From Mycobacteriales bacterium (GTDB taxonomy: Bacteria > Actinomycetota > Actinomycetes > Mycobacteriales > CADCTP01), in the NCBI GenBank assembly GCA_035995165.1, contig DASYKU010000112.1, positions 2,377-66,376 on the forward strand: a DNA stretch of 64,000 nucleotides, read 5' to 3'. Below, in pieces: positions 1 through 9,123 of this stretch (the first letter of the stretch is position 1; each line of letters opens with the position of its first letter). The translations under genes were made by a program, and so were the position numbers. The notes below the pieces were generated by a model. The model had not been told where the DNA came from and did no database searches. It was given only the letters and a program-made list of their open reading frames with translations.

Positions 1-539
1 TCCACGTCGCCGGTGTCGAGCAGGCTGCAGTGGTTCTCGACCGCGGCGAACCGGCTGCCGCCGGCCGTGCGCACCGCGTCCGCCTCGGCCAGTTGCGCGG
101 CGGTGAACTTCGAGCAGGCGATCTCGCGCAGCTTGCCCGCGCGCACCAGCTCGTCCAGCGTGCCCAGGGTGTCGGCGATCGGGGTGGCCGGGTCGGGGCG
201 GTGCAGGAAGTAGAGGTCGATGCGGTCGGTGTCCAGGTTGCGCAGGCTGGCCTCGACGGACTCCCGGACGTAGTCCGGCGTCGCGCAGGCGAGCACGCCG
301 GGCCGCGGCCGGGAGCCGAACTTCGTCCCGATCACCACGCTGTCGCGGTGCCCGCGCAGCACCCGGCCGAGCAGCCGCTCCGAGCTGGCCGGCCGGTTGG
401 AGATGTCGACGTAGGTCACGCCGCTCTCCAGCGCGGCCGCGACCATCGGCCGTACCTGGGCGACGGTGTCGTCGGTGAGCGTGCCCGCGCCGAGGCCGAG
501 CACGGACAGCCGCAGGGATCCGACCGCTCGAGTTTCCAT
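1..539 (-). CDS. aldo/keto reductase (N-terminal ~180 aa; 3' end runs off the window)
   Basis: Own reverse translation from ATG (cat 537-539): METRAVGSLRLSVLGLGAGTLTDD...IDLYFLHRPDPATPI...FAAVENHCSLLD, AKR-type blocks. Absent from the ORF track because it is open at the window edge. Confidence 0.8.
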   Translation of the reverse strand, partial: METRAVGSLRLSVLGLGAGTLTDDTVAQVRPMVAAALESGVTYVDISNRPASSERLLGRVLRGHRDSVVIGTKFGSRPRPGVLACATPDYVRESVEASLRNLDTDRIDLYFLHRPDPATPIADTLGTLDELVRAGKLREIACSKFTAAQLAEADAVRTAGGSRFAAVENHCSLLDTGDV

Positions 540-564
540 GGGGCCCTCCTCGCGGGAGTGAATA

Positions 565-592
565 CCATACTGTCGGTACTCAACCGTATTGA
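565..592. promoter_or_regulatory. weak heptamer array CCATACT-gtcg-GTACTCA-acc-GTATTGA, candidate GntR operator
   Basis: Lies in the 249-bp divergent AKR/SBP gap. Degenerate match to the GTAT(A/G)C heptamers seen at other promoters of this block. Confidence 0.25.
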
Positions 593-720
593 CCGTTCGC
601 TCATCAGGCTAGGCATCCGCCCGGACTGGCGTAGTCGGGAGATTGTCCCGATCAGGCGGGCTTGCTCCTGATCTCCTGTTACACCGCGATGGACTGGATG
701 TGACGAGCCGTTGACGTGTC

Positions 721-742
721 TTGCATACCTTGTGCATACTAC
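721..742. promoter_or_regulatory. candidate GntR operator, two heptamers 11 bp apart
   Basis: ttgcataccttgtgcatactac is the reverse complement of GTATGCA-caag-GTATGCA. It lies 47 bp upstream of the SBP start codon. Confidence 0.45.
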
Positions 743-788
743 ATCCGGCCCGATATCCCCTGGCCGTACGAGATCAGGAGAGCGCGTC

Positions 789-1904
789 ATGAGGAACACC
801 CGGTCCATGCGCAGGTCCGCTCCGAGGCTCGTCGGAGCGGCCGCGGTAGTCGTCCTTCTCGCGGCCTGCGGCAGCTCGGGATCGGGCAGCAGCTCGGCCT
901 CCGGGTCGTCGGGGTCCGGCGGGGGGCTGAGCGAAACCAACGTCACCATCTCCGGCGCCTTCACCTCGGACATGGAGCCGGCCTGGGTCGCCGCCGGCGC
1001 CGGGTTCTTCAAGAGCAACGGCCTCAACGTCAAGATCGTCAACTCCGGCACCGGCGGGTCGACCGCGTCCCAGATCGTCGCCCAGTTCCTCGGCAACAAG
1101 GACTCGTTCATCTTCGGCGCCGCCAACACGATCATGAGCGTCGCCCAGTCCGGCGTGCCGCTGAAGGCGGTCTACGGCGTGCGGCTGGGTGGCCCGTTCC
1201 AGATCACGGTCAGCAACCCGGTCGCCAGCAGCCTGCACATCCCGTCCGGAACCACCGCGGCCGACACCGAGAAGCAGCTGACCGCGCTCAAGGGCTCCCA
1301 CCTGAAGATCGCGATCTCCGGCCTCACCTCGCCGGTCGGTGGCTATCTGGGCGCGATCCTCAAGCAGCGCGGCCTGACCTACGGCCCCGGCCCGGACACC
1401 GACGTCCAGCTGATCCCGGCCGGCTCCTCCAGCGCGACCCGGGCCGCGGTGCAGTCCGGCAAGACCGGCGCGCTGATCGGCAACCCGCCGAACTCGCTGC
1501 TGCCTGACAGCACCACGATCAACCTCGGGCTGGTGCAGCCGCTGGCCGACACCGCGACGATCTACGCGGCCGCGCAGACCTCCTTCGTCCAGCAGCACAA
1601 GGACACCGTCGCCGCGGCCGTGCGGGCGATGACCCAGGCCTGGACGTGGGCGAAGGCCAACCCGGACAAGGCCGAGGCCATCGTGACCGCGCAGTACAAG
1701 GCGCTGGGGACGACGGACGCGACCACGCTGCACACGCTCTTCCGCTCGCTGCAGGACTACTGGGCCGAGCCGTCCATGGGCGAGGACGCGTACAACCACG
1801 CCAAGGACGTGCAGAACCTGATCACGCCGAACTCGCTCAAGATCAACTACGCCGACGTGGTGGATTCCTCCTTCGTCACCGACGCGCTCAAGGCCGCGAA
1901 CTGA
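789..1904 (+). CDS. ABC transporter substrate-binding lipoprotein, NMT1/THI5-like (SsuA/TauA type)
   Basis: ORF 711..1904. ATG at 789 follows aggagag. Signal peptide with lipobox LLAAC followed by a Ser/Gly linker. Sequence pattern of nitrate/sulfonate/taurine-type binding proteins. Confidence 0.85.
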   Translation: MRNTRSMRRSAPRLVGAAAVVVLLAACGSSGSGSSSASGSSGSGGGLSETNVTISGAFTSDMEPAWVAAGAGFFKSNGLNVKIVNSGTGGSTASQIVAQFLGNKDSFIFGAANTIMSVAQSGVPLKAVYGVRLGGPFQITVSNPVASSLHIPSGTTAADTEKQLTALKGSHLKIAISGLTSPVGGYLGAILKQRGLTYGPGPDTDVQLIPAGSSSATRAAVQSGKTGALIGNPPNSLLPDSTTINLGLVQPLADTATIYAAAQTSFVQQHKDTVAAAVRAMTQAWTWAKANPDKAEAIVTAQYKALGTTDATTLHTLFRSLQDYWAEPSMGEDAYNHAKDVQNLITPNSLKINYADVVDSSFVTDALKAAN

Positions 1905-1947
1905 GCTCGGGCCCGCCGCCGGACCACCGGCGGCCGCGGGCCCGAGC
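1905..1947 (+). terminator. GC-rich imperfect hairpin after the SBP gene (attenuator or mRNA-stabilising stem)
   Basis: gctcgggcccgccgccgg-acca-ccggcggccgcgggcccgagc; long stem with a 3-nt bulge and no T-tract. Confidence 0.4.
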
Positions 1948-1974
1948 CATTCAGCCGACAGAGAGGAGCGCGGG

Positions 1975-3087
1975 ATGCCGAAGCTGGTCAAGATCGAGGC
2001 CGTCCCGATCCGGGTGTCGCTGACCAAGCCCGTGACGACCTCGAACAAGACCACCGAGACGGCCCGCGCGTTCCTGCTCAAGCTCACCGACTCCGACGGC
2101 CTGGCCGGCTGGGGTGAGGGCTCGTTCAACCAGACCTTCACCGACGAGTCCGAGGCGTCGCTGGCCGCCGACCTCGTCGCGGTGCTCGAGCCCGCGCTGC
2201 TCGGCCGCGAGCCGGCCGAGCTGATCGCCGGTCTTGCCACCGTGCACCGCACGCTGCGGACCCGGATCGCCCTGCGCTGCGCGACCTCCATCGCCGTCCA
2301 CGACCTCGTCGCCCGGCACTACGGCATCCCGCTCTACGTCATGCTCGGCGGTCTCGCCCGCCGCAGCGTGCCGACCGTCGCCTTCATCGGGAACTTCGAC
2401 CGGGACGCCGCCGAGGCCGACGCCGTCGAGGCGGTCGGCCGGGGCTTCTCGGCCATCAAGCTCAAGGTCGGCCGGCCGGACGTGGCCGAGGACCTCGACG
2501 CCGTACGCGGGGTGCGGTCCCGGATGCCCGCGGCCATGCGCCTCTACGTCGATGCCAACCAGGCCTGGACGCCGGCCCAGGCGTACGCGTTCGTCGGGCA
2601 GGCCGTGAGCCTCGGCGTCACGCTGGTCGAGCAGCCGGTGGCCGCCTGGGACGCGCGGACCCTGGCGACGCTGGGACACACGGCCGGCGTGGACGTCGCC
2701 GCGGACGAGAGCGTGTTCGACGCGAGTCAGCTGCTCGGCCGCGCGCTCGCCGGCTGCACCCCCGCCGCCGTGGTGGTCAAGCTGCTCAAGGCGGGCGGCA
2801 TCGACGGCGTGGTCGACGTGCTGCGGGTCGCCGGGACGCTGGGCGTGCGGCCGTTCGTGGCCGGCATGCCCGGCGACACCAGCGTGCTGTCCGCGGCGAT
2901 GCTGAACATCGCGCTGAGCACGCCGAGCCTCCCGCTCGGCACCGCGATCACACCGCACCACAGCCGGGTGGACGTGGTCGTCCGTCCACTGTCCGTTGTG
3001 GACGGACAGCTGACCGTGGACGGGCTGACCGGGTCCGGGATCGGCGTCGAGGTGGACGAGGAGAGGGTGGCCGCCGTTGCCTGCTGA
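1975..3087 (+). CDS. enolase-superfamily enzyme (mandelate racemase / muconate lactonizing enzyme family)
   Basis: ORF 1975..3087 with RBS gagaggag. Motifs AIKLKVG (KxK), YVDANQAW, LVEQP, AADES and VVVKLLKAGG match the metal and acid/base residues of the MR/MLE fold. Confidence 0.9.
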   Translation: MPKLVKIEAVPIRVSLTKPVTTSNKTTETARAFLLKLTDSDGLAGWGEGSFNQTFTDESEASLAADLVAVLEPALLGREPAELIAGLATVHRTLRTRIALRCATSIAVHDLVARHYGIPLYVMLGGLARRSVPTVAFIGNFDRDAAEADAVEAVGRGFSAIKLKVGRPDVAEDLDAVRGVRSRMPAAMRLYVDANQAWTPAQAYAFVGQAVSLGVTLVEQPVAAWDARTLATLGHTAGVDVAADESVFDASQLLGRALAGCTPAAVVVKLLKAGGIDGVVDVLRVAGTLGVRPFVAGMPGDTSVLSAAMLNIALSTPSLPLGTAITPHHSRVDVVVRPLSVVDGQLTVDGLTGSGIGVEVDEERVAAVAC

Positions 3088-3631
3088 CCAGGTGTCCGAG
3101 GGGCTCGTGGACGGGACCAGGGCCGGGATCGGCCGGTTCGGCCGGGTGCTGGTCGCGCGGCTGACGCCGGGCGAGGACGTGCTGCCGGCGCTCGACCGGC
3201 TGCTGCGCGCGGCCGGGATGAGCCAGGCCGTCGTGTTCAGCGGCGTCGCCAGCCTGCAGCACGCGACCGTACGCAACATCTGGGCGTTCCCCGGCGAGTG
3301 GCCGATCACCCCGGACCAGCGCCGGCTCACCACGTTCCCCGGCCCGCTGGAGATCCTCGCCCTACAGGGGAACGTGGCCCCCGCGCCGGACGGCAGCCTG
3401 GTCTTCCACGTGCACGCCGAGTTCTCCGTCGGCACCCCGGCCGGCATGACCTACGGCGGCCACCTGATGGACGACACGATCGTCGGGACCACGGCCGAGA
3501 TCTACCTGGCCGAGCTGACCGGCATCGAGATGCGCCGCACGCCCGACCCCGTCACGAAGAACCTCGAGATCGAGCTCGCCGGCCCCGCCGGCGGCAGAGA
3601 GCTCGCCGGCCCCGCCGGCGGCAGAGAGTGA
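3077..3631 (+). CDS. PPC (DUF296) domain protein
   Basis: ORF 3077..3631, TTG start; in-frame GTG alternatives at 3092 and 3107. PPC/DUF296-like core ...LEILALQGNVAPAPDG.LVFHVHAEFS...GGHL. Overlaps the upstream gene by 11 nt. Confidence 0.7.
   Translation: MPADQVSEGLVDGTRAGIGRFGRVLVARLTPGEDVLPALDRLLRAAGMSQAVVFSGVASLQHATVRNIWAFPGEWPITPDQRRLTTFPGPLEILALQGNVAPAPDGSLVFHVHAEFSVGTPAGMTYGGHLMDDTIVGTTAEIYLAELTGIEMRRTPDPVTKNLEIELAGPAGGRELAGPAGGRE
3572..3625 (+). repeat. perfect 2 x 27-bp tandem duplication at the 3' end of the PPC gene
   Basis: gagctcgccggccccgccggcggcaga occurs twice back to back (3572-3598 and 3599-3625), encoding ELAGPAGGR twice. Confidence 0.95.
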
Positions 3632-3635
3632 GCCC

Positions 3636-3941
3636 ATGCCCATGGCCCGCCCAGTGACGCTGCTCGCGTCCTTCGAACCCACCCCCGGCGGCGAGGACAA
3701 GCTCGCCGCGCTGCTGCTGTGGATGGTCGGCAACACCCGCCAGGAACCCGGCAACCAGCGCTACGACCTCTACCGCGCGGACAAGGGCAGCTTCCACCTG
3801 TTCGAGGAGTATGCCGACGACGCGGCGCTGCAGGCGCACCGCGACGCGGACTACTTCAAGGCCTACCGGGCCCAGGTGGCGGACCTGATCGCCGGGCCCA
3901 TCGACGTACGCGTCCTGAGCCGGGAAGAGGCGGGGGAGTGA
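3636..3941 (+). CDS. antibiotic-biosynthesis-monooxygenase (ABM) domain protein
   Basis: ORF 3636..3941, 101 aa. Ferredoxin-like ABM pattern ...NQRYDLYRAD...FHLFEEYADDAALQAHRDADYFKAY. Confidence 0.75.
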   Translation: MPMARPVTLLASFEPTPGGEDKLAALLLWMVGNTRQEPGNQRYDLYRADKGSFHLFEEYADDAALQAHRDADYFKAYRAQVADLIAGPIDVRVLSREEAGE

Positions 3942-4726
3942 CCGCGACCGGCACCACCGAGAAGGACGCCGCGGCCGACCTGCTCTTCGGCATCTCCCAG
4001 GGCCGGCTGCCCCACCCGGTCCCGGACATCCTCAGCGAGTACGGCGACGGCTCGGTCGATCCCGGCGCCGAGCTGCAGGTCGCGGTGCTGGACCGGTGGC
4101 AGGCGGCGGGGGAGCGGGTCGGCGGCTGGAAGATCGCCTGGACCTCGCGCGGCGGCCGTGACCGCGGCGGCGTCGGCTACCGGCCCTTCGGCTACATCCT
4201 GGCCAGTCGCATCGTCCGGTCCGGAGCGACGTTGTCCCGGGCGGACATCCACGTCCCCGTGCTCGAGGCCGAGCTGTGCCTGACCATGGGCGCCGAGCTG
4301 AGCGGCCCGGCGGTCACGGTCGAGCAGGCGCGGGCCGCGGTCGCCGCGGTCAGCCCGTCGTTCGAGATCTGCTCGCGCCGCGGGATGGGCCTGTCGCTGG
4401 CCGCCCGGGTCGGCAACGCGATGAACAACTGGGGCCTGGTGGTCGGGCCGGAGCAGGACCCGGCCCGGGCGACCGACGCCGTGCCCGTCCGGCTGGTCCG
4501 CGACGGGGTGGAGGTCAGCTCCGGGGTGACCGACCGGGAGACGGTGGACGACCCGTTCCTGTCGCTGACCCGGGTGTGCGCGTCGCTGGACGCGTTCGGC
4601 CTCGGGCTGCACGCGGGCGACCGGCTGCTGACCGGGTCGATCCTCGCGGGCGCGGACGTCGGCGAGGCGCGGGAGATGACCGCGACGTTCGGCGACCTCG
4701 GCTCGGTCACGATCAACTTCGGCTGA
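3938..4726 (+). CDS. 2-keto-4-pentenoate hydratase / 2-oxohepta-3-ene-1,7-dioate hydratase family (FAH fold)
   Basis: C-terminal 262 aa of ORF 3719..4726. GTG at 3938 overlaps the upstream TGA (GTGA). GGWKIAWTS..., EAELCL and GDRLLTGS patterns are typical of MhpD/HpcG-type hydratases. Confidence 0.75.
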   Translation: MTATGTTEKDAAADLLFGISQGRLPHPVPDILSEYGDGSVDPGAELQVAVLDRWQAAGERVGGWKIAWTSRGGRDRGGVGYRPFGYILASRIVRSGATLSRADIHVPVLEAELCLTMGAELSGPAVTVEQARAAVAAVSPSFEICSRRGMGLSLAARVGNAMNNWGLVVGPEQDPARATDAVPVRLVRDGVEVSSGVTDRETVDDPFLSLTRVCASLDAFGLGLHAGDRLLTGSILAGADVGEAREMTATFGDLGSVTINFG

Positions 4727-4736
4727 GCCGGCGGCG

Positions 4737-5891
4737 TCACCGAGCCGGGCCCACGTTGACGAAGCTCCGGTCGAGCTCCGCCGGGTCGGTGACGCCGAGC
4801 ATCGCCATCGTGTGGTCGATGGACCAGCGGTAGAGCTCCAGCACCCGCTCGACCCCGGCCTGGCCTCCGGCCGCCAGCCCGAACAGGTACGGCCGGCCGA
4901 CGAACACCGCGCTCGCCCCGAGCGCCAGCGCCTTGACCACATCGGTGCCGCGCCGGACGCCGCCGTCCAGGAACACCGGCACCCGGCCGCCGACGACCGC
5001 GACGACCTCGGGCAGCACCTCGATCGTCGCCGGCACGCCGTCCAGCTGCCGGCCGCCGTGGTTGGACACGACGAACCCGTCGACGCCGTGGTCCAGATAC
5101 CGGTCGCACTCGTCCGAGCGCATGATCCCCTTGATCAGCAGCGGCCCTTGCCACAGCGCCCGCACCCGCTCGACGTCGGCCCAGGTGACGGGGTATTGCG
5201 TGTCGATGATCGCCTTCTGGGTCGCCGACGGCGTGAGCCGCCGCTGCCCGCTCGCCCGCCGGCGCAGCGAGTCGGCCGTCGTGTTCGCGCGGACGAACTC
5301 GACCGCCCAGCGCGGGCGGCTCATCCCCTGCAGCACCAGCGTCGGGCTGATCCGGGCCGGGATCGAGCTGCGGTGCCGGATGTCCCGCTCGCGGTTGCCG
5401 AAGATCGGGGTGTCCACGGTGATGGCCAGCGCGGTGTAGCCGGCCTCGGCCACCCGCGCCAGCAGCGGCTCCAGCGCGCCGTCGCCGCGCGGCAGGTAGA
5501 GCTGATACCACAGCGGCGAGGTCGACTGCCGGGCCACCTCCTCCAGCGGGTACGCCGTCGCGGTGCTCTGCATGTAGACGGTGCCGGCCGCGCTCGCCGC
5601 CCGCGCCACCGCGAGCTCCGCGTGCCGCGAGATCACCCGCCCCGCCCCGGTCGGCGCGAGCATGACGGGCATCGAGATCTCCTGCCCGAACACGGTCGTG
5701 GCGGTGGTGCGCTTGCGGACGTCGACCATGGTCCGGGGCCGGAAGGTGATGTCCTGGAAGGCCTCGGTGTTGCGGCGCAGCGAGTATTCGTCGCCGGCGG
5801 CGCCGTCGATGATGTCGAAGACGGGGGACGGGAGGCGGCGCTTCGCGATCGCGCGGACGTCGGCGACGGTCACCGTGCGGTGCAGTCTCAT
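4737..5891 (-). CDS. FMN-dependent alpha-hydroxy acid dehydrogenase/oxidase (LldD / glycolate oxidase / mandelate dehydrogenase family)
   Basis: ORF 4737..5891. Motifs ITFRPR, PVMLAPTG, WYQLY, VDTPIFGNRERD, VVSNHGGRQLDG and LGASAVFVGRP. Confidence 0.92.
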   Translation of the reverse strand: MRLHRTVTVADVRAIAKRRLPSPVFDIIDGAAGDEYSLRRNTEAFQDITFRPRTMVDVRKRTTATTVFGQEISMPVMLAPTGAGRVISRHAELAVARAASAAGTVYMQSTATAYPLEEVARQSTSPLWYQLYLPRGDGALEPLLARVAEAGYTALAITVDTPIFGNRERDIRHRSSIPARISPTLVLQGMSRPRWAVEFVRANTTADSLRRRASGQRRLTPSATQKAIIDTQYPVTWADVERVRALWQGPLLIKGIMRSDECDRYLDHGVDGFVVSNHGGRQLDGVPATIEVLPEVVAVVGGRVPVFLDGGVRRGTDVVKALALGASAVFVGRPYLFGLAAGGQAGVERVLELYRWSIDHTMAMLGVTDPAELDRSFVNVGPAR

Positions 5892-5915
5892 CAGCGGCCT
5901 CTCGGTGGCAACGGG

Positions 5916-6668
5916 TCAGCGCATCCGGAACACGCCGTCGGCGATCTCGCTGCCGTGCTCGAACAGCTGCAGGTCGTGGCTCGGGTAGAGGTGTCCGGCG
6001 TCGCCGCCGACCAGGCCGAGCAGCCGGTCCATCGCGACCACCGCCTCGGGCCGGCTGGTCGAGAGCGGCGACGGCTCCAGCAGCGCGATCGTCCGGTACG
6101 TCCCGGCCACGTCGCCGCAGATCACCCGCGGCCCGGCGGCAGTCTCCACCACGACGGCCTGGCTGCCGGGCGTGTGGCCGCCGGTGCGGACGAGATCGAG
6201 GCCGGAATCGGCCGGGACGTCGCCGGAGACGACCTCGATCCGGCCCTGGTAGTTCAGCGTCATCACGCCGGCCATGTCCGAGGCGTTGCGGACCAGGCTC
6301 GGGAACCGCGCGTACGGGCCGGAGAAGAACTCCAGGTCCGCGTGCTGGACCAGGAACCGGGCCCGCGGGTAGGCGTCCCAGGCACAGAAGTGGTCGCCGT
6401 GCAGGTGCGAGACGAGCACCCGCTCGACCTGGTCCGGGTCGATGCCGAGCCGGCCCAGCGCGATCTTCGGGGCGACCAGGTCGGTGATCCCGCGTTTGGC
6501 CGCCTCGGGCTCGGTGACGCCGGTGTCGACGAGCACCACCTCGTCCCCGCGCCGCAGCACCCAGAGCAGGTAGACGCTCGTGCGCGGACCGGTGTCGCCG
6601 GAGATCTGCCGGGACGCCAGCGTCGCGCGGGTCCCGAGCCGGCAGCAGTAGATCTCCCAGCCGGTCAT
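5916..6668 (-). CDS. MBL-fold metallo-hydrolase (lactonase-like)
   Basis: ORF 5916..6668. HLHGDH zinc motif. ATGA overlap with the upstream FAH gene. Confidence 0.85.
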   Translation of the reverse strand: MTGWEIYCCRLGTRATLASRQISGDTGPRTSVYLLWVLRRGDEVVLVDTGVTEPEAAKRGITDLVAPKIALGRLGIDPDQVERVLVSHLHGDHFCAWDAYPRARFLVQHADLEFFSGPYARFPSLVRNASDMAGVMTLNYQGRIEVVSGDVPADSGLDLVRTGGHTPGSQAVVVETAAGPRVICGDVAGTYRTIALLEPSPLSTSRPEAVVAMDRLLGLVGGDAGHLYPSHDLQLFEHGSEIADGVFRMR

Positions 6669-7546
6669 GCGACGGCCTCGTCGACGACCGGGTTGACCAG
6701 CTCGACCAGGTCACCCAGCTGCATCCGGACCACGTCGCCGGGGCCGAGGTAGCGCGGCGGCGTCCGGCCGTTGCCGGTGCCCGGCGGGGTGCCGGTGCTG
6801 ATCAGGTCGCCCGGGTGCAGGTCGAGCACGTGGGAGAGCCGGCTGACCAGCTCGGGCACGTCGAAGATCAGGTGGCGGGTGTTGGAGTCCTGCATCAGCT
6901 CGCCGTTCACCCAGCACCGGATGTCCAGCGCGCCCGGGTCCGGCACCTCGTCGGCGGTCACGATCGCGGCCCCCATCGGCGTGAACGTGCGGAAGTTCTT
7001 GGCCATGGCCAGCTGCTCGGGCTGCTGGTTCTGGATGTCCCGGGCGCTGACGTCGTTGATGATCGTGTAGCCGGCCACGTACGCCAGGGCGTCCTTCCGG
7101 GCGACCCGGCGGGCGGTCCGGCCGATCACCACGGCCAGCTCGACCTCCCAGTCGAGCTTGCGGGTGGCCGCCGGCCGGACGATCGCCTCGCCCGGCCCGA
7201 TCACGGTGGACGACCACTTCGGGAAGATCCGCGGGCTGCCCGGCGCGTCGGACCGGTCCCGCCCGGGCCGGACGTAGTTGCGCCCGATCGCGACGATCTG
7301 GTCCGGGTGCGGGATCGGCGCCCGCAGCACGACGTCGCCCAGCGTTCGTACCGGCCCGTCGGCGACTGTGGCGGTGGCGACGTCCAGACCCTCCGGACCG
7401 AGCCGGAGCAGCTCGAGCATCGAGGTGGGCGCGGCCAGGCCGCGCTCCCGGTAGCGGTCCCCGGCCGCGCCGAGGTCGACGATCCGGTCGCCGTCGAGGA
7501 CGCCGAAGCCGGGGCGGTTCCCGGCCAGGAACGAGACCAGCCTCAT
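6665..7546 (-). CDS. fumarylacetoacetate hydrolase (FAH) family protein
   Basis: C-terminal 293 aa of ORF 6665..9067 starting MRLVSFLAG (cat 7544-7546). Motifs GRNY, WEVELAVVIG, INDVSARD and GDLISTGTPPG. ATGA overlap with the upstream gene. Confidence 0.9.
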   Translation of the reverse strand: MRLVSFLAGNRPGFGVLDGDRIVDLGAAGDRYRERGLAAPTSMLELLRLGPEGLDVATATVADGPVRTLGDVVLRAPIPHPDQIVAIGRNYVRPGRDRSDAPGSPRIFPKWSSTVIGPGEAIVRPAATRKLDWEVELAVVIGRTARRVARKDALAYVAGYTIINDVSARDIQNQQPEQLAMAKNFRTFTPMGAAIVTADEVPDPGALDIRCWVNGELMQDSNTRHLIFDVPELVSRLSHVLDLHPGDLISTGTPPGTGNGRTPPRYLGPGDVVRMQLGDLVELVNPVVDEAVA

Positions 7547-8307
7547 CCGATCGTCTGGTCCTCGATGCCGGGCATGATCCAGACCGGCCGCTCGCTCGCG
7601 TCGAAGACCGTGCCCGGGTCGCCGGGGTCGAGGCCGAACACCCGCATCTGCTGGGCGGCCTGGTATTCGATCTTGTCGCCCACCACCCGGAACGGCCGGT
7701 CGTGGCCGGGGTAGATCACGTCGGCGACGTCGAGGATCCGCTCGATGCTGCGGGTCGCGTCGTTCTCGTTCCAGAAGACCAGCGGGTTGACCTTGGTCAG
7801 CGCGACGGTCCCGTAGTGCAGCACGTCCCCGGTGATCGCGTCGGTCGTGCCCTCGTTCTCGACCAGCACGGTCAGGCAGCCGGGGGAGTGGCCGGGAGTG
7901 TGGATCGCCATGACCCCGGGCTCGACGTCGAAGCCCTCCTCGACCTCGCGGATCTTCGGGTGCGTCTCCAGCATCGCGCCGGTCCAGGCCGGGGTGGCCC
8001 AGTCGTTGGGGTGCGGCGCCGCGGCGTACTTGCGCTCCCACGGGTGCAGGAGCAGCTCCGCGTTCGGGAACAGGTCGATGTTCTGGGCGTGGTCCCAGTG
8101 CGCGTGGGTGAGCAGCACGGTCTCGATGTCGCCGGGCTCGACCCCCTCGGCGGCCAGCGCGGCGATCAGCGAGTTGCGCCGGCCGACGTGCCCGACGTCC
8201 ACGAGCGTCGTCTTCTCGCCCCGGATCAGGTAGGTGCTGCAGAACCCGATGATGCCCTGGGAGGTCCGGATCGGGTGGCCGTGCTGCAGGACCGTGATGG
8301 TCGCCAT
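7543..8307 (-). CDS. MBL-fold metallo-hydrolase
   Basis: ORF 7543..8307. Motifs HAHWDH and TPGHSPG. Confidence 0.88.
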   Translation of the reverse strand: MATITVLQHGHPIRTSQGIIGFCSTYLIRGEKTTLVDVGHVGRRNSLIAALAAEGVEPGDIETVLLTHAHWDHAQNIDLFPNAELLLHPWERKYAAAPHPNDWATPAWTGAMLETHPKIREVEEGFDVEPGVMAIHTPGHSPGCLTVLVENEGTTDAITGDVLHYGTVALTKVNPLVFWNENDATRSIERILDVADVIYPGHDRPFRVVGDKIEYQAAQQMRVFGLDPGDPGTVFDASERPVWIMPGIEDQTIG

Positions 8308-8322
8308 CGGTACGGGCTCTCC

Positions 8323-9123
8323 TTATTGGATCGGGCCGCGCCGGGACAGGCCCGGCAGGCGTTTGGTGACCAGACCGGACAGCCCCAGCAGCACCGCGGA
8401 GATCACCGTGGCCGTGAGCAGCGTCGACAGCACGCCGGCCGAGTTGAACAGCTCCGACCGGCTGAACAGGCCGCCGCCGAGTCCGTCCGAGGCGCCGAAG
8501 ATGATCTCCGCGCCGATCGCCACGGTCAGCGCGTGCGGGATCACGAACGCGATCGAGGTGAACAGGTAGCTGCTGGTGTGCGGCAGCAGCAGCTTCCAGG
8601 CGATCTGCCGGCGGTTGGCGCCCATCATCCGCATCGCCCGCGTCGTCGCCGGGTCGACCGTACGGATGCCGCTGACCATGTAGAGCGTCACGACCGGGAC
8701 CGTGGCCAGCAGCACCAGGTAGGTCCGGGACATGAAGCCGTTGCCGATCCAGACGAACAGGATCGGCGCGAGCACGAACTTCGGCATCGCGTAGATCCCG
8801 GTGTTGATCGGCTCCAGCAGCTTGCCGACCAGCGCCGGCGACAGGCCGATGACCAGCGCCAGCACGATGCCGATGACGGTGCCGAGGCCGAAGCCGACCA
8901 GCACCTCCTTGAGCGTCACCGTGATCATGTCGCGCAGCACGCCGTCGCCGAGGTCGGTCTTGAAGGCGGCCCAGGTGCGGTCCGGGCCGGCGAAGAAGGC
9001 GCTGTTCAGCTTCGGCGTCAGCACCCAGCGCCAGAGCAGGTAGAGCAGGCCGAGGCTGACCGCCCACTGGACGACCACGCCGCCGACCCGGAGCGCCCGG
9101 CGCGGGTACGGGTTGCGGCTCAT
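8323..9123 (-). CDS. ABC transporter permease (NitT/TauT-type, BPD_transp_1)
   Basis: C-terminal 266 aa of ORF 8323..9834 starting MSRNPYP (cat 9121-9123). Multiple TM helices. EAA-like loop ...TTRAMRMMGANRRQIAWKLLLP. ATGA overlap with the upstream gene. Confidence 0.88.
   Translation of the reverse strand: MSRNPYPRRALRVGGVVVQWAVSLGLLYLLWRWVLTPKLNSAFFAGPDRTWAAFKTDLGDGVLRDMITVTLKEVLVGFGLGTVIGIVLALVIGLSPALVGKLLEPINTGIYAMPKFVLAPILFVWIGNGFMSRTYLVLLATVPVVTLYMVSGIRTVDPATTRAMRMMGANRRQIAWKLLLPHTSSYLFTSIAFVIPHALTVAIGAEIIFGASDGLGGGLFSRSELFNSAGVLSTLLTATVISAVLLGLSGLVTKRLPGLSRRGPIQ

Noticed and set aside
4192-6714. 840-aa ORF on the minus strand (also 4812..6752 +, 646 aa)
   Set aside because: Arg/Pro/Gly/Ala-dominated translation with no recognisable domains. 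It overlaps two well-supported genes (FMN dehydrogenase, MBL hydrolase) in other frames. Typical long open frame of GC-rich DNA.
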